Shown here: positions 1-9,546 of the stretch, piece after piece
Layout of the letters: every line of letters starts with the position of its first letter
Numbering within the stretch: the first letter of the stretch is position 1
Origin: Okeania sp.
GTDB lineage: Bacteria > Cyanobacteriota > Cyanobacteriia > Cyanobacteriales > Microcoleaceae
Reading direction: 5' to 3'
Assembly (NCBI RefSeq): GCF_035285525.1
Contig: NZ_JAYKGW010000168.1
Coordinates: 1 to 32,000 of the forward strand
Length of the DNA stretch: 32,000 nt
Made by a program: the position numbers and the translations under genes
Notes under the pieces: model-generated
The model's input: the letters and a program-made list of their open reading frames with translations, nothing else
Told to the model about the DNA's origin: nothing
The model's database searches: none

Positions 1-95
1 CAAATATTTATGTTGATTCTCCAGTTACTATTTAGGGTTCATTTTTAGAGAGATAATGGGTTTTGACAGGAATATTTAAAAAAAAAAGGAAAGAG

Positions 96-339
96 TAATT
101 AGGGTTTGTTAAAAAAGTCTATTAGTAAAGGTAGAAACTAGGGAAGTTCCATGGAACGTCCTTACAGAGTCAAGATAAACAGGGAGCTGTACAGGAAGTA
201 GTCTGAAAAATTATTACCTTGATTTAGTTGTAAATCTCAACAAAAGTTGACTTTAGTGTATACAAAAATATGGTGTAGGAAAAAATTACCGACGCATTTT
301 GCCCTCTCCCGAAAATAATTTTTTCAGCAAATCTTAATT
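96..339. mobile_element. MITE-like element, family A (copy A1)
   Basis: Imperfect terminal inverted repeats: taattagggtttgttaaaaaa at the left end, ttttttcagcaaatcttaatt at the right end. Interior atggaacgtccttacagagtcaaga (151-175) recurs at 22680-22704 in copy A7. No ORF. Confidence 0.6.
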
Positions 340-400
340 TACAATTGCTATATTTTCTTCATTCCTATTTTTTTTAGGTATATACGAAGGCAAACTTTCT

Positions 401-901
401 ATGAACAAACGAGTGACTAAAATTGAGTTATTCAAGCAAGCAATGAACTTTTCCGCAGGTCACTTCACTATATATTCAGAAAGTGAAAGAGAAAATCTGC
501 ACGGTCATAATTTTTATGTACATGCGATCTTCGAGGCTGAACTGATGGAAAATGGCATTACCTTCAATTATTGTATTTACAAAAAAATTATTCTTGATAT
601 TTGTCAATTTCTGGATGAAAGTGTTTTACTGCCATTAAAAAGTCCTCATCTCAGAATAGAAGAATCAGATGAATATATTTATGCTTTCTTTAATAGTGAC
701 AAAGAAAAAATACCGTTTCTGAAACGAGATGTCAAGTTACTACCGGTGCGAAATACTACTGTAGAAGAACTTTCTCATTGGTTTTTGGAACAATTACTTG
801 TTCATGTAGAAGAAAATCCAGAACATCTTATTCAGGCAATAGAAGTTAAGATGTCTTTTGGTTATGGTCAGTCAGGTAGTAGTTATTGGAGTAAAGAATG
901 A
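401..901 (+). CDS. 6-pyruvoyl-tetrahydropterin synthase / QueD-family (T-fold) protein, divergent
   Basis: 166-aa ORF. Zn-ligand-like motifs FSAGHF and LHGHNF are typical of PTPS/QueD (COG0720). The Cys normally 4-6 residues before HGH is absent (SESERENLHGH). The stop overlaps the next ATG (ATGA at 898-901). Confidence 0.7.
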   Translation: MNKRVTKIELFKQAMNFSAGHFTIYSESERENLHGHNFYVHAIFEAELMENGITFNYCIYKKIILDICQFLDESVLLPLKSPHLRIEESDEYIYAFFNSDKEKIPFLKRDVKLLPVRNTTVEELSHWFLEQLLVHVEENPEHLIQAIEVKMSFGYGQSGSSYWSKE

Positions 902-1605
902 GTAAAAAATACTTGGTTATAACTGGTGGAAGTCGTGGTATAGGATTAGCAACGGCTAAACTATTTTTACAAAAAGAATTTCAGGTTATTAACCTTTCTA
1001 GAAATTTATGTCCGTTGACAAATGTAGTTAATATTCAGGTAGATTTAACTGCAAAAGATTTTGAAGAAAATTTGCAGAAAGAATTACTACCTCAATTAGA
1101 AAATTCTGAAACAATAATTTTAGTTCATAATGCTGCTCGGTTAGATAAGGATAGTGTAGAAAATATTCAAGCTATTAATCTACGAGATATCTTAGAAATT
1201 AATGTAGTTGCTCCAACTATATTAAATCAAATAATCATGCCAAAAATGTCAAAGGGGTCTGCTATTATTTACTTGGGTTCGACTCTCTCTGAAAAAGCAG
1301 TAGCTGGTGCTTTTAGTTATGTTACTTCTAAACACGCAGCAGTGGGGTTAATGCGAGCAACTTGTCAAGATTTAATAGATCGAGGTATTCATACAGCTTG
1401 TATTTGTCCTGGTTTTACTGATACTCCAATGTTACGAAGTCATCTTAATCACGATGAGACAATTATTGAACAGATAAAAACTATGAATGCTCAAAATCGT
1501 TTCATTGAACCTATGGAAATTGCCGAAACTATTTATTTTGCAGCTACAAACCCCGTTATTAATGGTACAATACTCCATGCAAATTTAGGACAAAAAGAAA
1601 GATAA
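898..1605 (+). CDS. Short-chain dehydrogenase/reductase (classical SDR; sepiapterin-reductase-like by context)
   Basis: 235-aa ORF. TGGSRGIG Rossmann motif, HNAA (NNAG-like), catalytic YVTSK (YxxxK). 4-bp overlap with the upstream PTPS-like gene. Confidence 0.85.
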   Translation: MSKKYLVITGGSRGIGLATAKLFLQKEFQVINLSRNLCPLTNVVNIQVDLTAKDFEENLQKELLPQLENSETIILVHNAARLDKDSVENIQAINLRDILEINVVAPTILNQIIMPKMSKGSAIIYLGSTLSEKAVAGAFSYVTSKHAAVGLMRATCQDLIDRGIHTACICPGFTDTPMLRSHLNHDETIIEQIKTMNAQNRFIEPMEIAETIYFAATNPVINGTILHANLGQKER

Positions 1606-1613
1606 TTAATAAT

Positions 1614-1641
1614 GGATAATGGATAATGGATAATGGATAAT
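1614..1641. repeat. STRR-like heptamer tandem repeat (GGATAAT)x4
   Basis: Four perfect tandem copies starting 9 bp after the SDR stop codon. Confidence 0.9.
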
Positions 1642-1763
1642 TATTGCTCTGGTGATTAAATATAAAAGCATTGACAGATGAAATGTTTCAGTAGTAGATT
1701 GTTTCATCTAAAAATGTGCATTAGGAAGACAATGTAGTGGACTGACACATCTAAATGCAATAG

Positions 1764-1826
1764 GTAGGGGCGGGTTTCTCAGGAAATTTTTATACTGATT
1801 CTAGGATTGATATAAACGCGCCCCAG
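1764..1826 (+). repeat. GTAG-initiated hairpin element (REP/REPIN-like, family D)
   Basis: gtaggggcgggttt ... aaacgcgcccc inverted termini around a loop of about 35 nt. Near-identical copy at 1858-1921. Confidence 0.75.
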
Positions 1827-1857
1827 TGATATGAGCTACCGTTTCCGGGACGGGTTG

Positions 1858-1921
1858 GTAGGGGCGGATTTCTCAGGAAATTTTTATACTGATTCTAGGA
1901 TTTACATAAACGCGCCCCCAC
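1858..1921 (+). repeat. GTAG-initiated hairpin element (family D), direct copy
   Basis: gtaggggcggatttctcaggaaatttttatactgattctaggatt... is nearly identical to 1764-1826, offset 94 bp. Confidence 0.75.
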
Positions 1922-2126
1922 TATCCCTTATAAGGAACTTTTGCAACCCTTGTGGGGAGTGGGGAGGACGGGGAAGAGGGGGAAGAAGAATCCTGTCTAC
2001 ATTCCTCACTCATAGTGTCTAATTCAATACAATTTTCTTCAGAAAAAGCCGCTCTCAGACCTACACATAACTTGTTATTTTTGTCAAGTTTTATGTTAAG
2101 AAAGATTTGGGTAAAGCATAGGTCTC

Positions 2127-2187
2127 AGGGGCGGGTTTGTATAAATCCTAGATTAGTATAAAAATTTCTGCATAAACCCGCCCCTAC
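2127..2187 (-). repeat. GTAG-initiated hairpin element (family D), inverted copy
   Basis: aggggcgggtttgtataaatcctagattagtataaaaatttctgcataaacccgcccctac. Its reverse complement matches the 1764 and 1858 copies, including the loop. Confidence 0.75.
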
Positions 2188-2338
2188 CCAATGCACCATT
2201 TTAGATAAAACAGTCTAGTAGGGTGCAAGCGCTTAACACATCCTACTGAACCTATTAAATATCTCCAAAAATAAAAAAAATAATCAATTATTATCTATAA
2301 ATAATCAATTCTCCTCTTCTTTTTCTTGCTCCCTTAAA

Positions 2339-3430
2339 ATGAAAATTACTCAAACTAAACCCTTACGATTATTATTTGCTTCTACACCTGTAGGAGCTAT
2401 TGGTTCAGGTATTGGAGGTGGGGTCGAATTTATATTACAAAATCTTGCCCAAGAAATGATTCGCAGAGGACACAAAGTAGATATAGTTGCGCCACAGGGT
2501 TCCATAACTAAATTTGGTCACATTATTGAAATTCCTGGAGAACTGCAAACTAGCATGCAACTATTAAACCGTGATACCCCTATTTCCATAATTCCTAACT
2601 TTGTGCTTACTAATATGTGGGAATTTATTCGAGAAGTACAAGGAAATTACGATTTAATTATTAACTTTGCCTATGACTGGCTTCCTTTTTATTTATCTCC
2701 GTTTATAAATACTCCTATTGCTCATCTAGTAAGTGTAGGGTCTCTGTCAAACGTAATGGATGAGATTATCGAAAAAACCAGCATTCGTTTTCCTGGTACT
2801 ATTGCTGTTTATACAAAAGCTCAGGCAGAAACTTTCTCATTTGCTAGTAGATGTCGAATTGTGGGAAATGGTATTGATTTAAAAGACTATCAATATTGTG
2901 ACCAACCAGATAACTACTTGGTATGGGTAGCCCGTATTTCTCCAGAAAAAGGATTGGAAGATGCTGTTGAGGTGGCAAAAAATACTGGTATCCCTTTAAA
3001 AATAATGGGTTTTCTTCAGGATAAGTCTTACTGGGATAATATCCAGAAAAGTTATCCTGACGCACCAATAGAATATTTAGGGTTTCTACCAATTAGGGAA
3101 ATGCAGTTAATACTGCGGCGTAGTCGAGGGTATTTAATGACTCATCGCTGGAGTGAAGCATTTGGTATGACTACTATTCAAGCATTAGCTTGTGGCGTAC
3201 CTATAATTACATACAATAAAGGAGGCCCGTCAGAAATTGTGGGTCATGGTCAAACCGGTTGGCTAGTTGAGCCTGATAATTTAGTAGAGTTGGAAAAAGC
3301 GATTAAGAATCTTGATAAAATTGCTCGTTCAACTTGTCGGCAACAGGCAGAAGCAGAATATTCTATCGAAGCTTATGGGGATCGTATGGAAAATTGGTTT
3401 GACGATATTCTCGCTCAAATGATCTCTTAG
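2339..3430 (+). CDS. GT-B fold glycosyltransferase (GT4-like); resembles cyanobacterial pteridine glycosyltransferase (BGluT/PgtA type)
   Basis: 363-aa ORF. N-terminal LLFASTPVGAIGSGIGGGVEF...GHKV. C-terminal SEAFGMTTIQALACGVP corresponds to the GT4 E-x7-E region, with the second Glu replaced by Gln. The BGluT similarity is from memory of that family's N-terminus and is not verified. Confidence 0.75.
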   Translation: MKITQTKPLRLLFASTPVGAIGSGIGGGVEFILQNLAQEMIRRGHKVDIVAPQGSITKFGHIIEIPGELQTSMQLLNRDTPISIIPNFVLTNMWEFIREVQGNYDLIINFAYDWLPFYLSPFINTPIAHLVSVGSLSNVMDEIIEKTSIRFPGTIAVYTKAQAETFSFASRCRIVGNGIDLKDYQYCDQPDNYLVWVARISPEKGLEDAVEVAKNTGIPLKIMGFLQDKSYWDNIQKSYPDAPIEYLGFLPIREMQLILRRSRGYLMTHRWSEAFGMTTIQALACGVPIITYNKGGPSEIVGHGQTGWLVEPDNLVELEKAIKNLDKIARSTCRQQAEAEYSIEAYGDRMENWFDDILAQMIS

Positions 3431-3465
3431 GTGGGTAATCATATCAAATCAGGTAGTATTGGTAT

Positions 3466-3620
3466 AATTAAGAATTGGGGAGAAATAATTACACCAGATT
3501 CCACGCGTTATAAAGTTAGGATTTTAGGGAGGCCAAGGGTAGAAAAATCAAGGAAAAATTATTCCTCCTGGATTTTGCTTCCTCCCCGCTACTAAAATAC
3601 TTTTTCAGTAAACCCTAACT
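3466..3620. mobile_element. MITE-like element, family A (copy A2; left boundary uncertain)
   Basis: Right terminus tttttcagtaaaccctaact ends at 3620, directly abutting the ATG at 3621. Interior ggtagaaaaatcaaggaaaaattattcctcc matches ggtagaaaaaccaaggcacaattatttctcc in copy A5. Confidence 0.5.
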
Positions 3621-4733
3621 ATGAAGAATAAACAAAGCATGAAAAGTAAAAAAAAATCTAAAAATAAACTCAAATTATCGCTTTTTCAGCTGTATCTCAA
3701 ACTGCAAAGAATATGGATTTTTTTAGAGAAAGAAAACTTTATTCGTTTAGTTATTTTAATTGTTGCTATTGTTAGCTTGAGTACATTAGGAATTTATTTA
3801 GCAGAACCTGATATTTCTTTAATTGATAGTCTATGGTGGACAATTGTTACTCTAACCACAGTCGGTTATGGTGATATTACTCCGACTACAGCAATGGGTC
3901 GCCTAATAGCAGTAATTGATATGATTATTGGGATTGCGATTCTTGGTGTTTTTAGTGCTACATTAGCTAGTATTTTAGTCGATCAAAAAATTAGGGATGA
4001 TTTAGGTATGAACTCTTATCAATTTGAGAACCATATTATTATTTGTGAATGGAATTATCGTGCAGAAACAATTATTAAAGAATTACGCATTGACGCAAAA
4101 ATGCAGGAAAAACCGATTGTTTTAATTGCTGATATTGAACGTAAACCTCTAAAAGATCAACATTTATTTTTTGTGAGAGGTCAGGTTTCAGATGATACTT
4201 TAAATCAAGCCAATTTAAAAAAAGCAAAGACTGTTATTATTTTAGGAGATGATAAGTTAGATTACACAAATCGAGATGCAAAAGTAATTTTAACTACTCT
4301 AACAGTTGAAAGTATTAATAGAAGTTCTTATACAATTGTTGAGTTAGTCAATAAATCCTATGTTTCTACCTGTAGACGCGCTCATGCAGATGAAATTATT
4401 GTCACAAGTCAATTAAGTAGTCGGTTAATTTCTAAAGCAGCTCTTAATCATGGTATTAGTGAAGCTGTTTCTGATATATTAAGTTATGAATATGGAAGTC
4501 AACTTTATAAAGTTCCACTACCAAAGTCGGAGGTAGGATTTAGTTTTATTGATGTTTTTATCCGGGTCAAACAAACATATCAAGCGATTATAATTGCAGT
4601 TCAAAGAGGAGAAGAAGGAAATGTAATTTCTAATCCTCCCTCTGAATATAAGTTCAATGAAAATGATTATTTGATTGTCATTGCGGCTAGCGAAACAGCA
4701 GGGGGATTAAATAAAGGATTATCTGACCTTTAG
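3621..4733 (+). CDS. Two-TM potassium channel with cytoplasmic RCK/TrkA domain (MthK-like)
   Basis: 370-aa ORF. Selectivity filter TLTTVGYGD between two hydrophobic helices, followed by a TrkA-N/RCK-like region (HIIICEW...VIILGDD). The start codon is uncertain because a MITE abuts it. Confidence 0.85.
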   Translation: MKNKQSMKSKKKSKNKLKLSLFQLYLKLQRIWIFLEKENFIRLVILIVAIVSLSTLGIYLAEPDISLIDSLWWTIVTLTTVGYGDITPTTAMGRLIAVIDMIIGIAILGVFSATLASILVDQKIRDDLGMNSYQFENHIIICEWNYRAETIIKELRIDAKMQEKPIVLIADIERKPLKDQHLFFVRGQVSDDTLNQANLKKAKTVIILGDDKLDYTNRDAKVILTTLTVESINRSSYTIVELVNKSYVSTCRRAHADEIIVTSQLSSRLISKAALNHGISEAVSDILSYEYGSQLYKVPLPKSEVGFSFIDVFIRVKQTYQAIIIAVQRGEEGNVISNPPSEYKFNENDYLIVIAASETAGGLNKGLSDL

Positions 4734-5077
4734 CAATCTTTGAGAAGGTATTTATACAATAAATCTCAATAAACACTTCAAATATTTAGGAATGAGAATT
4801 TATTAACTTCCAGATTTCCTCCACAGAAACATTTTAGTGCGTTACTTATAGCTAATTTTTGTAGATATTATTTAATATCTCATTCCTTAGTATTTGGTGC
4901 GTTACGGTGGCTAGAAAAATATTATTTGATTTTGTGAGATTATCTCCTCCTTTTCATATCCGCTCTAGCAGCCGTTTGGCTGACGCAAAACTTAGGTTTT
5001 TCATATTTCATATAAAAACGCTTTCCCTGCGCAATTATATATAAGATACCTTCTAAACTATTACACTTCAGACAATA

Positions 5078-6061
5078 TCAAACCAGCCCAAAAATGTTGC
5101 CAATAAACCATCCATAAAATATGAAAAATATTAATCCTTCCCAACGAGTTACCTTTTTATCTTGAGTCACGAAAAAGAAGATAATAGTTCCTACCAATAA
5201 AATTAATAACCCATTGTTAAAAGGGTCTTTAGGAATTACTAAATTACCCATCAATCTTGGTATTCCCATTACCATTAATGAGTTAAAAATATTAGAGCCT
5301 AAAACATTTCCCACTGCAATTTCTGGGTTGCCTTTTTTAGCAGCAGAAAAAGTAACTATTAGTTCTGGTAATGATGTACCAAGAGCAACTGCACTTAAAG
5401 CAATTAATTCCTTGCCTATGTTCAGTATTTCAGAAATTTTAGTTACAGATTCAATTGTGTAATTAGCCCCTAAAAAGACAAATAATGAACTAATAATTAG
5501 AATTCCTATTTGTTTGAGTGGCAAACTTTTCTGTGAGTTATTTTTAGTTTCCAAATCTTGTTCTTGATCTTGCTCTTCTTGATCGCCATTAATTGTATAC
5601 AAAACATATATAAAATATGCCAAAATACAGATAATAGCTTCATTTCGAGAAAAATTACCATCTGAAACTGTTAGAGCTAACAAAAAAGCTGAACTAACAA
5701 ATAGGGGTAAATCGACACTAATTAGTTCGTATTGCACTCTTAAAGGACTACTTATTAATGATGCAGTACCAATAATCAAGAATATATTTGCAACATTAGA
5801 ACCTATAACATTACCAAAAACAATTTCAGAAGAATTTTGATATACTGCTATTGTAGATGATATTAATTCCGGTAAAGATGTTCCTATTGATACTATTGTC
5901 ACCCCTACAATAAAAGGAGAAATTCCCAAAGATATACCTATTTTTTCTGCTGCATCTGTAAAAAAGTCAGAAGCTTTAATTAGAATGAACAAGCTGACTA
6001 TAAATATTATTAGCCAAATAATTAAGTTTTGCATTATTTTATGAAGTAGTAAATTGGACAA
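5078..6061 (-). CDS. Ca2+/Na+ antiporter, CaCA family (YrbG-like)
   Basis: 327-aa polytopic ORF with the two alpha-repeat motifs GNVIGSNVANIF and GNVLGSNIFN, separated by an acidic loop. Alternative start at Met10. Confidence 0.85.
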   Translation of the reverse strand: MSNLLLHKIMQNLIIWLIIFIVSLFILIKASDFFTDAAEKIGISLGISPFIVGVTIVSIGTSLPELISSTIAVYQNSSEIVFGNVIGSNVANIFLIIGTASLISSPLRVQYELISVDLPLFVSSAFLLALTVSDGNFSRNEAIICILAYFIYVLYTINGDQEEQDQEQDLETKNNSQKSLPLKQIGILIISSLFVFLGANYTIESVTKISEILNIGKELIALSAVALGTSLPELIVTFSAAKKGNPEIAVGNVLGSNIFNSLMVMGIPRLMGNLVIPKDPFNNGLLILLVGTIIFFFVTQDKKVTRWEGLIFFIFYGWFIGNIFGLV

Positions 6062-6066
6062 AAATA

Positions 6067-6221
6067 GTAAGTATTTCCTGCGGAATGCTTACCCTTAGAG
6101 AGCAAACTTCTACAATATTGGATTGTACCAATACTAATGGATTTGATATTATTTATTAAATTTATCCTCTCAAGCTAAAAGTTGACGGCTGTTTGCGCAG
6201 CATTCCACAGGAAATGCTTAT
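6067..6221. mobile_element. MITE-like element, family C (variant of family B)
   Basis: TIRs gtaagtatttcctgcggaatgcttac (left) and gcattccacaggaaatgcttat (right). It fills the whole spacer: it starts 6 bp from the antiporter ATG and contains the FkbM stop codon (6218-6220). Confidence 0.7.
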
Positions 6222-7462
6222 GTATGTTTAACGTAAAAGTTAACATATCTTCCACGATCAAATGCCTTAACAGTTTGATATTTAACTTCCTCTAAAAAGT
6301 TCCGAAAGTCCTTAATATTATTTTTGGCAACTTCAACTAGCATATCAGGTTGATAACTAGATATCAAGTTTTTTGCTCCTGCCAAAGCATCTATTTCTAG
6401 ACCTTGTATATCAACTTTGATAAAATCTACTTTTTCATTAATTAACTCATCTAAAGTTACAACTACCACCTCTGTACCATTGACAATATTATCGACAATT
6501 TCTGTTAAACATAAGTCTTGAGCAGGATGTTCTTTGATAAATGATTTACCACGACTTTTACCAACAGCATAACCTAATTTCGATAAGTCAATATTACTAA
6601 TTTGATTAATTAAAATATGCTTCTTCAAAGCTCCAATAATACCAGGATGAAATTCTATCGGAATGACTTTTTCTGCCCGCATAATTTTGGCAAAATATAC
6701 TGAATGATTCCCTATATTAGCTCCAACATCAACTATAATTGGATTTGATAACTTTAGATTCTGCCGAACAAATTCTAACTCAGCTAGTTCATAAAAAGTA
6801 CCACTAACATTAGCAATTTCTACTGCTAGATTTTTGCCTGTTATTTCAAACTGTATGGGATTATTTTGATAATTGAATGAAACTAAATTATCTCCCCTAA
6901 TTAACTTATCAACTAGAGCCAACCAAATTTTAGCTGCTTGATAATTAGGATTAATTTCTAATGCTTTGTTAAATTCTGATTTAGCCTCCAAAAGGAGATT
7001 TTGTCTAATCAGCAAATTACCGATCGCTTGATGAGCTTGAAAACTTTTGGGAGATATTTCTAAAGCACGACGAAAATAATTTAGGGCTTCGTCAAACTTA
7101 CCTTGCTGAACTAAACAATTACCAATATTACCATAAAGTTCTAAACCAGAATCTGGTTTTAATTCTACTAATTTTTGCCAGCAGGTAATAGCTTCATCAA
7201 ATTGGTTTAAATCTTGTGTAATCCTAGCTAAAAGATACAGTAAAGATATATTATTTGCATCTACAGAAAAAGCATATTTATAAAATTGAGCTGCTTCATC
7301 TAGTTTACCTCTACTTTGCTCTATTAAACCAAGATTAATTAGAGAAGGTACATTGTAACTATCAGATTTTAGTATGTTTATATATCTTGATTCTGCTTCT
7401 TGAAACTTTCCCTCTTTTTGGAATTTGATAGCTGTTTGGATTTCTTGATTTATGTCTATCAT
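6218..7462 (-). CDS. TPR-repeat protein fused to FkbM-family methyltransferase
   Basis: 414-aa ORF. The N-terminal ~190 aa are TPR-like repeats (A..Y..AL.L.P pattern). The C-terminal part has VDVGANIGNHSVYFA, typical of the FkbM SAM-MTase domain. Confidence 0.8.
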   Translation of the reverse strand: MIDINQEIQTAIKFQKEGKFQEAESRYINILKSDSYNVPSLINLGLIEQSRGKLDEAAQFYKYAFSVDANNISLLYLLARITQDLNQFDEAITCWQKLVELKPDSGLELYGNIGNCLVQQGKFDEALNYFRRALEISPKSFQAHQAIGNLLIRQNLLLEAKSEFNKALEINPNYQAAKIWLALVDKLIRGDNLVSFNYQNNPIQFEITGKNLAVEIANVSGTFYELAELEFVRQNLKLSNPIIVDVGANIGNHSVYFAKIMRAEKVIPIEFHPGIIGALKKHILINQISNIDLSKLGYAVGKSRGKSFIKEHPAQDLCLTEIVDNIVNGTEVVVVTLDELINEKVDFIKVDIQGLEIDALAGAKNLISSYQPDMLVEVAKNNIKDFRNFLEEVKYQTVKAFDRGRYVNFYVKHT

Positions 7463-7764
7463 TGTTAAATTATTTGATGATTTATTGATTGTTTATTTGA
7501 CTTTGAAAAATATTTCACTTTTGTTTTTAAGCATTCCGCTATTAGCTTTTAGCAATGCTCTTCAAACCTTAAGGAGAAAGTTTAAGTTATTATATTTGAA
7601 GTCTGCTTTTTTAGTCAAAATTAATTCTGATTTAATTACAGCAGATTCCAAGTATATGAAGTACAGATATTAATAATTTAATTTTCCCAGTGCGATTTTT
7701 TGGGAACCTTGCATCTTGCTCGCGTGGGTGTAGCTCACGGTGGAATCCTCTGTAATTAAGCTTT

Positions 7765-8399
7765 GATCTAAAACTAAAAAATAGCTGTTAAAATAGTTAC
7801 TCCCACAGAGGCTAGCTTACTTATGGCTAACTACTGAATACTTACCTTTTGTTCAAGCAAAAAAGTATTAATTATTAATCATAACCATTCAGGTATTAGC
7901 TGTCAGTTCTTTCTCCGAAATGCTACGCAAATAGGAATAATATTTTAACTATAAAAAAAGCGGGTTTAAATGAATATAAACTTTAAAATTGACTTTTTTA
8001 AAGTCAGATTTAATTACGACTTAATTAACAAAGCTTTAATTGAAAACTAAAAAATAGCTGTTAACTAAGTTCCCACCCAAAATGCTTACCAGACAGCTCA
8101 GTTATTACAGTTAATCTAATTGAAAAACTGGCTAAATTATACTTGATATAAAGTAACTAGATCAAATTACCTGTATCTTGTATATTGATGCTTAAATATA
8201 TTCTATGTTCCTAATCAAACTGTAAACATTCACCTCTCAGCAATAAGACTTCAATAAATGTAGTAAGATTTAATTGGAGATACTTCAAACTCCACTCTTA
8301 GGAATGTGCTTCCAAGAAAACTTTTATCGCTCAACCATAAAGTAATAAATAGCTAATAGCTAACGGCTGTTTGCGCAGCATTCCGCAGGAAATACTTAC
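7765..8399. mobile_element. Three tandem partial or complete family B/C MITE-like copies
   Basis: 20-mer aaactaaaaaatagctgtta at 7771-7790 and 8044-8063. Termini ...ctactgaatacttac (about 7845), ...aaaatgcttac (about 8089), and ...gcgcagcattccgcaggaaatacttac (ends 8399). Interior ttaaatgaatataaactttaaaattgac matches the copy at 11294-11503. Confidence 0.6.
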
Positions 8400-8490
8400 A
8401 TTAAACTTTCTATCACATTCCGTACCTCAACTAAGATTTTTAACTAATTTTTGACAGCCAAGAATAATTATGAAGCAAATCTGCTAATAA

Positions 8491-9132
8491 TCAATAAATT
8501 TTTTCCAAAACACGAAAATCATTTTCTATTTCTGCGGAGAGAGCGCGGTTTTGAGGGTCTGTTTTCAGGGCTTTCTTCAAATAATTTCTGGCCTTATCTA
8601 GTTTTCTCTCACTAATCAGGTGACGTGCCCAACGTTGATAGGCGATCGCTTGCCATTGCCTAACTTCCCAATCTTGGGGCATTCTCTGAGCTAAACCTTC
8701 TACTAAAGCGATCGCCCGAGGATATCTCTGATATTTTAATAGTTGTTTTAAATGTAAATAATAATTTTCTTTCAGTTGCTTTTCTACTTCTGAGGTAAGG
8801 GAGTAATTTTTATATTTTTCTTGTTTATAAGTTGCTTTGACTTTTGTTTGTTTTGGAGGTGAAGTTTTTGGAGATACAGTTTCTGATTTTGAGTTTTTAT
8901 TAGTTGTTGATGTTGGGGTAAAATTATCAGGTGTTTCTATTTGAGCAGGAGCAACTTTTAACAGAATTTTGTACGCTTCTGTTACTGCAATAAATTTATC
9001 TTGAGCTTGTATATCTGTTGGATTAACATCTGGGTGATACATTCTTGCTAGTCGTCTATAAGAAGCTTTTACTTCTCCTAAACTAGCTCCTAAATTTAGT
9101 TCTAATTTTCTATAATAGTCTGCAATGTTCAT
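8491..9132 (-). CDS. J-domain (DnaJ-like) protein with C-terminal TPR-like region
   Basis: J domain DYYRKLELNLGASLGEVKASYRRLARMYHPDVN with the HPD motif. I place the start at the Met (9132) that begins the J domain; the 30 upstream codons of the tracked ORF run into heptamer-repeat DNA. Confidence 0.8.
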   Translation of the reverse strand: MNIADYYRKLELNLGASLGEVKASYRRLARMYHPDVNPTDIQAQDKFIAVTEAYKILLKVAPAQIETPDNFTPTSTTNKNSKSETVSPKTSPPKQTKVKATYKQEKYKNYSLTSEVEKQLKENYYLHLKQLLKYQRYPRAIALVEGLAQRMPQDWEVRQWQAIAYQRWARHLISERKLDKARNYLKKALKTDPQNRALSAEIENDFRVLEKIY

Positions 9133-9255
9133 ATTTAATAATTGATAATAGACAATGAATAATTGATAATTATTTCTGTCAGCAAAGCTTTGCTTCTTTA
9201 GGTTGCTAAAAGCAATTATCAAGCGCCTTAGATAGACTTTATAGTTGTCAATTAT

Positions 9256-9514
9256 TAATTAGGGCTTGCCGATCAAATACCAGAGTTTTGAAAGGTAAAA
9301 AAATTAGACTTTTTGATTACCTGAAAAAGTACCACCTTTTAGGTAGATCGGGTAAGGTTCCCGAAAAATCAAAAATGAGTGCATTTTGAACAAGAGTTGG
9401 GAACAAAATCAAGGGAAGATTATTCTAACAACACTTCTATAATTTCCATTCCTCCTCTACATCCCCAAAAGAAATACTTTGATCGTTCATACTTTATTCA
9501 GCAAACCCTAATTA
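9256..9514. mobile_element. MITE-like element, family A (copy A3)
   Basis: TIRs taattagggcttgccgatc (left) and ttattcagcaaaccctaatta (right). Interior ggttcccgaaaaatc is shared with copies A4 and A6. Confidence 0.65.
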
Positions 9515-9536
9515 TTAATTATTAATTATTAATTAT
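9509..9536. repeat. STRR-like heptamer tandem repeat (TAATTAT)x4
   Basis: Four perfect tandem units between the family A terminus and the clpP3 stop codon (9547). Confidence 0.9.
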
Positions 9537-9546
9537 CCATTTAACT

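Noticed and set aside
1831-2161. Tracked ORFs 1831-2022 and 1952-2161 (63 and 69 aa)
   Set aside because: They lie entirely in the hairpin-repeat spacer. Their low-complexity Gly/Arg/Glu composition derives from a purine-rich run. They have no start context and overlap each other.
7725-7765. tRNA-like string gggtgtagctcacggtgg
   Set aside because: It resembles an acceptor/D-arm 5' half, but no complementary D-stem closure, anticodon arm or T arm can be folded. At most it is a tRNA fragment.
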